In this document: one piece after another, positions 55,497 through 64,000 of the stretch
How the letters are laid out: every line of letters starts with the position of its first letter
How positions within the stretch are numbered: the stretch's first letter is position 1
Origin: Antedon mediterranea
Taxonomy: Eukaryota; Animalia; Echinodermata
Length of the DNA: 64,000 nucleotides
Assembly (NCBI RefSeq): GCF_964355755.1
Contig: NC_092673.1
Span: forward strand, 27,215,648-27,279,647
Reading direction: 5' to 3'
Notes under the pieces: model-generated
Database searches by the model: none
What the model saw: the letters and a program-made list of their open reading frames with translations, nothing else
What the model was told of the DNA's origin: nothing
Position numbers and translations under genes: made by a program

Positions 55497-57114
55497 CTAG
55501 ACATGTAACTCGTCACTTTGACGAGTTTGGTTATCCGCCGCGCCGCGCAAGTGGTGCAACATTAACATTAAGGGGATAGGTTGAGGACAAAAGGAAGTGT
55601 TCACGTTGGCATTATGACCTGAACTGAAGAATATGATATGTTGTTATTGCTGAATTTTATTATTTAAATTCATATATAGTATACACCGTATAATCTGTAT
55701 CTATATCACATACAGTGACATACATAGAATAGGTGAAGTTACGGGACCCGCTATTTATTGCAATTTTTAACATGTTTACGGTTTTAAAATGAAACGCGAA
55801 GGTAGCAATTCCGAAAGGAAATTATCTCAGCAACAACGTATTAGCGTGTAGAAGAAATTTGAATACGTGAAATATTGATGCGCGCTCTTTTAAATGTAAT
55901 GAATTATGACGCAAAAGATGAAAATACGACCTTTTTTATTTAACTGGCCATATGATGACGTCACAACATCCGATTGGCAACATTTTTACATAATTTCGTA
56001 TCTACAATCCAATAGCTTCCAGACAAAGTTTTAATCGTGATTATCACATTTTATTCTTACGAGCTATAACAGATTAAAATTTACTGTAAAGATGAAATTA
56101 ATGCCACACGTGATTTAAATTTTTAGGCACGATGACGTCAAAAAAATTAAAATATTTTTAACTCATGCGAAAGATACTTGATTGACCTAGACAATATCAA
56201 AATCGGGGTGAAAATGGAAAACGGATAAGTGGAGATGCGCTCTATTCAATGTGATGAGCTATGACGAAAGATACAAAAATCCTAAATTTTATATTCGCGT
56301 GGCCATACGATGACGTCATAATGTCCGGTTACCCATATTAATACCTGATCCGATATCTACAACTCATCTACTTCCAGAATATGTCATCCACAAAAATTTG
56401 ACCGTCTAGTTTAGAAATTACGACTGTTTAAAAAAAGGCATATTTTAAACGAATTTTTTAACCTTTTCATAAAAAACGCGCGCAAATTGTCCAATTCGAC
56501 GTGCTCGTATGACGTATCTTTAAGTCGAAATTGTTTAAAATTTGGTAAAATTACTAGAAAAGGCTGAAAAAACATAAATCACGCGAAAAAAATACGTTTT
56601 CAATGCTACGTGCGCACCGTACACGTAAAAATGTGCGCACGCGTGGGAATTTTTGACATGCTCAAAACGACATGAAACGCGTAGAAAGTTGTTTAGAAAT
56701 TAATTTTGCGCATTTTGAAATTTTAAATGCGCGTGCGCGCGTAACTTTGTGTAAAACACGCAATTTTTTTTCAACAGACAGTTAGCGCATGATATAAATT
56801 AAACTTTTGCAAAGTTTCATTTTAAAATGTTGTTTGGTTTTCGACATATGTTAAATACGAGAAAATCGTTAAATCGCGCGTACGTCGCGTTGCGCAATTG
56901 TAAACATCATGAAAAGCTTCGCTTGACGACGTTACGTGAATGTCAAAATGTTAACATAGTTAACAAAATGTTATGTTTGCAAGTTTTAGAGAAAAGCGTT
57001 ACACAAAAATCATACAGAAAGAAAGAAGATGACAAAAAAGATGATGATGATTTCGTACAATCACAAGAGGTTATCCTGCAGAGGTTATCCTGCAACTTCG
57101 TTGCGGATAACCAA
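55497..57114 (-). mobile_element. E34, subfamily C, complete
   Basis: Head (GAGGTTATCCTGCA)x2-ACTTCGTTGCGGATAACCAA. Confidence 0.85.
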
Positions 57115-57122
57115 AAAAAAAA

Positions 57123-58339
57123 CTAGATTTGAACTCGTCACTACGGACGAGTTAGGTTATCCGCAGTGCAAAAGCCACGTGCACGTCATACGTTAGAATA
57201 GTGCGCGCAAAAAAATAAAACGATTATGGCATTCAAAAATGTTAGTGCGCTCTCTATGTTGCGTCGCGTCTAAGTATATACGGTATAACACTATATACTG
57301 TATACGTACTACATACAGTGCAGAATAGGTGAAAATAAGTGACCAAAGTTATTGACGCATTTGAACATGATGACGTCATCACAATTTTTAAAATGGTGGA
57401 TCATGCGAAAGGTAATTGATTGATCTAGACAATATAAAAAAATTGAGTTAAATGGAATAAGGATAAGTAGAGATGCGCTCTATTAAATTGACGAGCTATG
57501 ACGAAAGAGAAAAAAATCCTATATTTTATATTCGGGTGGCCATACGATGACGTCACAATGTCTGGTTAGCCATATCAATGCATGATTCGAGAAAAACAAC
57601 TCATCTACTTCTAGAATCTGAAATTTTAAATATTTTCACCTCGGAGTTTAGAATCTATGACTTTTTAAAAAAAGGCATAATTTTCACAAATTTTTGAACT
57701 TTTTCATCAAAAACGCGCGCAAATTGTTCAATTCTACGTGCTCGTATGACGTGATTTTAAGTCGAAATTGATTGAAAATTGGTAAATGTACTAGAAAAGG
57801 CTGAAAAAACAAAAATCAAGCAAAAAAAAAGATGTTTTTGCGCTACGTGCGCACGCGCGCGTAAAAAATATGCGCACGCGTGGGAATTTTTGAAATGCTC
57901 AAAATGACCTGAAACGCGTAGAAAGTTGATTAGAAATGAATTTTTCGCAATTTGAAATTTTAAACGCGCGTGCGCGCGTAACTTTATGTCAAACATGCCA
58001 TTTTTAATCCATAGAAAGTTTGCCCTTGATATGACTTAAATGTTCACCAAGTGTCATCACAAAATGACTTTTGCTTTTTAGTCTATGTTAAATACGCCAA
58101 ATTCATAAAATCGCGCGTAGCTTACGCTGCGCGACTCTAAAGTAAAAAAACGAGCTGTCCTGCACTTCTACACATAGAGGTAAATCTTCTGACAAAGTTA
58201 TACGATGTAATGTTGATCAGAATTTGAGATACACGTGACACAAAATTTTGGGAAAGAAAGAAGAATAACATAGAAAAAAAAAAAAAAAAAAAAGATCCTG
58301 ACAATAACAAGAGGTTATCCGCCAAGAGCGGATAACCAA
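57123..58339 (-). mobile_element. E35, subfamily B, complete
   Basis: Both termini; close to E21. Confidence 0.88.
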
Positions 58340-59478
58340 CTAGATTTGAACTCGTCACTACGGACGAGTTAGGTTATCCGCAGCGCAAAGGCCACGTGCA
58401 CGTCATACATATTGCGCGCAGAAAAACGATTAAGTCATTGAAAACAATTTCAGTGTGCTCTCTATTTTTCGTCACGTCTGAGTATATACGGTATACACTA
58501 TATACTGTATACGTACTACATACAGTGCAGAATAGGTGAAAATAAGTGACCAAAGTTATTGACGCTTTTGAACATGATGACGTCATCACAATTTTGAAAT
58601 GGTGAATCGTGCGAAAGATAATTGATAGACCTAGACAACATAAAAAAATGGGGGGAAATGGAATACAAATAAGTGGAGATGCGCTATATTAAATGTGACG
58701 AGCTACAAGGAAAGAGACAAAAATCCTATATTTTATATTCGAGTGGCCATACGATGACGTCACAATGTCCGGTTAGCCATATTGATGCATGATTTGATAT
58801 CTGCAACTCATCTATTACCAGAATATGTAATTATAAAAAAGTTCACCACGTAGTTTAGAATCTATGACTGTTTAAAAAAAGGCATAATTTTGACAAATTT
58901 TTGAACTTTTTCATCAAAAATGCGCGTAAATTGTTTAATTCTACGTGCTCGTATGACGTGATTTTAAGTCGAAATTGTTTGAAAGTTGGTAAATTTTCTA
59001 AAAAAGACAGAAAAAACAAAAATCAAGCAAAAAAATGATGTTTTTGCGCTACGTGCGTACGTGCGCGTAAAAAAATTGCGCACGCGTGGGAATTTTTGAA
59101 ATGCTCAAAATGACATGAAACGCGTAGAAAGTTGATTAGATATTGATTTTTCGCATTTTGAAATTTTAAACGCGCGTGCGCACGTAAGTTTTTGTGAAAC
59201 TTGCCATTTTTAATCCATAGAAAGTTTGCGCATTATATGACTTAAATGTTCACCAAGTTTCAATACAAAACGACTTTTAGTTTTTATTCTATGATCAATA
59301 ATTGAAATTCATAAAATCGTGCGTAACTTACGCTGCGCAACTCGGACGTGACCGAAAACCTTATTACGACATCTTCAGATAGAGATCAATCTTCTGATAA
59401 AGTTATACAATGTTATGTTAAGAAGATTTAGAGATACACTAGCAACAAAATTCGTGGAAAGAAAGAAGAAAATAGAAA
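58340..59478 (-). mobile_element. E36, subfamily B, interrupted
   Basis: Ends AATAGAAA|CTAG. Confidence 0.86.
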
Positions 59479-60697
59479 CTAGATTTGAACTCGTCACTAC
59501 GGACGAGTTAGGTTATCCGCCTCGCAAACGCCACGTGCACATCAAACGTTAGAATATTGCGCACAGAAAAACGATTATGCCAATGAAAAAATGTTAGTGC
59601 GCTCTCTATTTTGTGTCACGTCTAAATATATACAGTATAACACTATATTCTGTATACGTACTACATACAGTTCAGAATAGGTGAAAATAAGTGACCAAAG
59701 TTAATGACGCTTTTGCACATGATGACGTCATAAAAAATTTTAAAATGGTGAATCATGCGAAAGATAATTGATTGACCTAGACAATATAAAGAAATGGAGG
59801 GCAATGGAATACGGATAAGTGGAGATGCGCTCTATTAAATGTGATGAGCTAAGACGAAAGTGAAAAAAATCCTATATTTTATATTTGAGTGGCCATACGA
59901 TGACGTCACAATGTCCGGTTAGCTATATTGATGCATGATTCGATATCTACAACTCATCTACTTTCAGAATCTGTAATTTTAAAAAAGTTCACCACGTAGT
60001 TTAGAATCTATGACATTTTAAAAAAAGGCATAATTTTCACGAATTTTTGAACTTTTTCATCAAAAACGCGCGCAAATTTTTCAATTCTACGTGCTCGTAT
60101 GACGTGATTTTAAGTCGAAATTGTTTGAAAGTTGGTAAATCTACTAAAAAAAGACAGGAAAAACAAAAATCAAGCCAAAAAATGATGTTTTTGCGCTACG
60201 TGCGCACGCGCGCGTAAAAAAATTGCGCACGTGTGGTAATTTTTGAAATGCTCAAAATGACATGAAACGCGTAGAAAGTTGATTAGAAGTTGATTTTTCG
60301 CATTTTGAAATTTTAAACGCGCGTGCGCGCGTAACTTTCTGCGCAACATGCCATTTTTAATCCATAGAAAGTTTGCGCTTAATATGACTTAAATTTTCAC
60401 CAAGTTTCAATACAAAATTACTTTTGGTTTTTAATCTACGATCAATCATTGAAATTCATAAAATCGCGCGTAACTTACGCTGCGCAACTCAGACTGGACC
60501 GAAAACCTTATTACGACATCTTCAGATAGAGGTCAATCTTCTGATAAAGTTATACAATGTTATGTTAAGAAGATTTTGAGATACACGCGCAACAAAATTC
60601 TGGGAAAGAAAGAAGAAAAAAGAAAAAAAAGAAAAAAAAAAAAAAAAAAAAGATCCTGACAATAACAAGGGGTTATCCGCCAAGTGCGGATAACCAA
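59479..60697 (-). mobile_element. E37, subfamily B, complete; two extra heads follow (60698-60824)
   Basis: Three stacked heads. Confidence 0.87.
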
Positions 60698-60824
60698 AAA
60701 AAGAAAAAAAAAAAAAAGATCCTGACAATAACAAGAGGTTATCCGCCAAGAGCGGATAACCAAAAAAAAAAAAAAAAAGATCCTGACAATAACAAGAGGT
60801 TATCCGCCAAGAGCGGATAACCAA

Positions 60825-62030
60825 CTAGATTTGAACTCGTCACGTTGACGAGTTAGGCTATCGCCCAACGCATCGTAACACGCACATGTTATTTATTATG
60901 CTTAGTCTACAATAGGCTGCACTACAACGATTGTAAAGAACAGCTGGAATACATCAAAATCGTTTAATAAGTGTCAACAGTTGACGGTATTAGCATTGTA
61001 AACGGTTTAGTTGACGGTTATTTTTTATTTTACACCACTCACGTTTATTCAATTGTTTGAAAATGATGACCTTTTCAAATTAAAAAAAGTCTAAAAAGGA
61101 ATTATTTTAGTAATAAAATATTGAAAATTGGAAGAAAATTGATAACGTTTACGCGGTATGCGCTCTATTGAATGTGACGAACTGTGTCGAAAGAGACAAA
61201 ATCCCTATATTTTACATTTGTGTGGCCATACGATGACGTCACAACAGCCCAGAGGTAAAAATTTTGCATGAATTCATATCTACAATATATCTGCTTACAT
61301 ATTAGGTTAAAAAAATTGGGGGTCACCAGACATCCTGGAGAGCTATAATCGATTCAAAATAGGCATATTTTTACACAAATTTGCATAAAATTACCAATTT
61401 TCAAGCGCACGATTTTTAAAGTTTGACGTGCACGTGTGTCATTATTTTGCATTCATTATTCATCAAATATGAAAGAAATATATCATAAAACTATGAAAAA
61501 CAATAATCAAGCGCAAAAACGGGCATTCTAGGCTGCGTACGAGCGAAGTGCGCATTAGCGCGCGCGCAACGCAAATTTTTTTGAAAAATGTGAAATGCTT
61601 AAAATGTCCTGAAACGTGTAGAAAGTTGATTAGAAATTGATTTTGAGCATTTTTAACTTTCAAAGCGCGCGTACGCGCGATTTGACCAATGTTCAAAATT
61701 TTGCTGATGATACAGGAAGATGACCCTTGACATGAAGCATACGTGTGTCAAGTGGTATTTAAAAATAGCTATTGGTTTTCAAGTTATAGTCAATCTAAGA
61801 ATTTCAGAAAATCGCGCGTAGTTACGCTACGCGACCATATTTTCATTAAACCAAAGTTTGTTGCACAACTACATATATACGTGCATCTGCTGGCCAAGTT
61901 ACAACATAACTGCTACCGCCGTTTTTGAGATCTGCGTGACACAAAAATTGAGCAGAAAAAATGAAATTTGTGACAATAACAATAGGCTATCGCTCTACAG
62001 AGAGCGATAGCCCAGAGAGCGATAGCCTAA
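60825..62030 (-). mobile_element. E38, subfamily D, complete
   Basis: Tail ...GACGAGTTAGGCTATCGC; head TAGGCTATCGCTCTAC(AGAGAGCGATAGCC)x2-TAA. Confidence 0.87.
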
Positions 62031-62159
62031 AAAAAAAAAAAAAAAAAAAAAAAAAGATCCTGACAATAACAAGAGGTTATCCGCCAAGTGCGGATAACCA
62101 AAAAAAAAAAAAAGATCCTTACAATAACAAGGGGTTATCCGCCAAGTGCGGATAACCAA
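62031..62159 (-). repeat. Two displaced heads: one B-type, then one E-type (GATCCTTAC)
   Basis: The second head is identical to the E15 head and is the only other GATCCTTAC head seen. Confidence 0.8.
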
Positions 62160-63677
62160 CTAGATTTGAACTCGTCACTTTGACGAGTTCGGGTTATCCG
62201 CGCAAACGCAACATGCACATACTTTAAACTATATGAACTTCGACAATTATTATACCATCCTATGACATGAATTAAGAATGTTTACAGTGCTGAATTGTAC
62301 CTATTTTGTAGCATACAGCATATTACAGTGTTTACAGAATACACTGTATGTTATATACAGTGTAGAATAGACGAAATTATGAGACCCATCTTTTAAATCC
62401 AATTATTAACACGATGACGTCATCAAATTGGCATATAAAGATAACAATTTTAGAAGATAATTATCTAAATAATTACATTAATACAAATTATTTTAAGAAT
62501 TTTGGGCACGTGAAAGTGAGATGCGCTCTCGTTTAAACGCAATGAAGTTTTACGCAAGAGGTGAAAATATGTCTTTTTGAATTTAACTGGCCCTATGATG
62601 ACATCACAACATCTGATTGGCAAAATATTCACATGAATTCGTATCTACAATCTAATAGCTTCCAGAAAACGTTTTAATCATGATCATCACTTATAATTCT
62701 GACGAGCTATAACAGATTGAAATTTACTGTAAAGATGAAAATAAGTGACCCACGTTATTCACGTTTTTAGACATGATGACGTCATAAAAATTAAAATATT
62801 TTTAATTCATGTGAAAGATAGTTGATTGACGTACACATAATTAAAATCTCGGGGGAAATTGAGTACGTATAAGTTAAATGCGCTCTGTTGAATGTGATGA
62901 GCAGTAACGAAAGAGACAAAAATCCTATATTTTACATTCGTGTGGCCATACGATGACGTCATAACATCCGAGAAGTAAAAATTCTGCATGAATTCATATC
63001 TACAATTTATCGTCTTACATAATAAGTTAAAAAAATTGGGGGTCGCCTTTGATCCTGAAGAGCTATAATAGATTCAAAATAGGCATAATTTTGACAATAT
63101 GCTGTCACTTTTGCAACTAAAACGCGCGCAAATGGTCTAAATCAACGTGTTCGTATGACGTCATTTTAATTTGAAATGATGTCAATCTTTTTTAAAATAA
63201 CTAGGAAAGACTGTAAAATCATAATTCAAGAGAAAAACACATGATTTTCATCCTCCGTGCGCACCTTACGCGTAATTTTTTTCGCGCGCGTGGGAATTTT
63301 TGACATGCTCAAAATGTCATGATCAGCGTAGAAAGTTGATTAGAAATTAATTTTGCGCATTTTGAAATTTTAAATGCGCGTACGCGCGTAACTTCTTGTG
63401 AAACATGCCATTTTTAATCCATAGAAAGTTTGCCCATGATATGACTTAAATTTTCATTAAGTGTCAATACAAAATAACTTTTGGTTTATAATTTATGATC
63501 AATCATTGAAATTCATAAAATTGCGCGTAACTTACGCTGCGCGACTCTAACGTCATTAAAAATATGGAGGTGCACAACTTCAGGTAAATTTCCATATAAT
63601 GACAAAGTTATACAAAAGATATATTCACAAGCAATAGGGGATATGCTGTACACAAAAATCCGGGAAAGAAAGAAGAA
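62160..63677 (-). mobile_element. E39, subfamily E tail with mosaic body, interrupted
   Basis: Tail ...GACGAGTTCGGGTTATCCGCGCAAACGC; ends AAGAAGAA|CTAG. Confidence 0.85.
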
Positions 63678-64000
63678 CTAGACATGAAACTCGTCACATT
63701 GACGAGTTAGTTATCCGCACAACGACAAACGCCACGTGCACGTCATACGTTGGAATATTGCACACAGATAAAGATTATGGCATTATGACAAGAACTGAAG
63801 AATATGATATGCTGTTAGTGCTGAATTCTGTCAATTTTGTGTCATATAGTATATACATGCAAACAGTATAATCTGTATACATATTACATACAGTGTAGAA
63901 TAGGTGAAATTACGGGACCCGCCATTTATTCCAATTTTTAACATGGCGACGGTATCAAAATGAAACACTTGGATAGCAATTTCAGAATGAAATTATCTCA
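63678..64000 (-). mobile_element. E40, subfamily A, cut by window end
   Basis: Near-identical to the start of E11. Confidence 0.85.

Larger units (their letters stand above)
16285..64000 (-). mobile_element. Cluster 2 of nested non-autonomous Helentron/HINE-like elements (E5-E40; 36 bodies, 29 heads)
   Basis: Same terminal structures in the same orientation, with no unique sequence between copies for 47.7 kb. Confidence 0.88.

Noticed and set aside
16285-64000. Integron-like cassette array (units bounded by hairpins)
   Set aside because: No integrase, units are homologous and non-coding, and they nest rather than line up as cassettes; the resemblance is only an analogy.
60825-64000. Large segmental duplication or higher-order repeat with the window start (E0 matches E38)
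   Set aside because: Sequence after the D head differs (A head + E1 versus B head + E head + E39), so these are independent insertions.

Overview
AT-rich eukaryotic (metazoan-like) DNA with no intact protein-coding gene. About 85% of the window (1-6855 and 16285-64000) is a pile-up of 41 copies (counted by eye; E0 and E40 are cut by the window edges) of one non-coding 1.15-1.6 kb mobile element. All copies lie on the minus strand and fall into five subfamilies (A-E). Each has non-autonomous Helentron/HINE (DINE-1-like) architecture: 5'-TT, a 12-bp subTIR folded into a hairpin (the 'head'), a T/TTC-rich linker, a body with degenerate ~178-bp periodicity, a 3' subTIR, an 8-9-bp stem-loop, and CTAG-3' (the 'tail'), with no target-site duplication. 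The array is not simple tandem repetition. New copies inserted into the T-rich linker just behind the 5' hairpin of older copies. Displaced heads therefore stack up like closing brackets, and interrupted linkers resume exactly after the inserted copies; one copy (E12) appears to close about 34 kb after it was interrupted. A 9.4-kb unique block (6856-16284) holds a LINE 3' fragment, a Penelope-type minimal hammerhead ribozyme, a Kolobok-like MITE, small tandem repeats and a possible promoter/first exon. Its left end looks like an element terminus, so it may be 3'-transduced cargo. All assignments are by eye; no alignment or database search was run.
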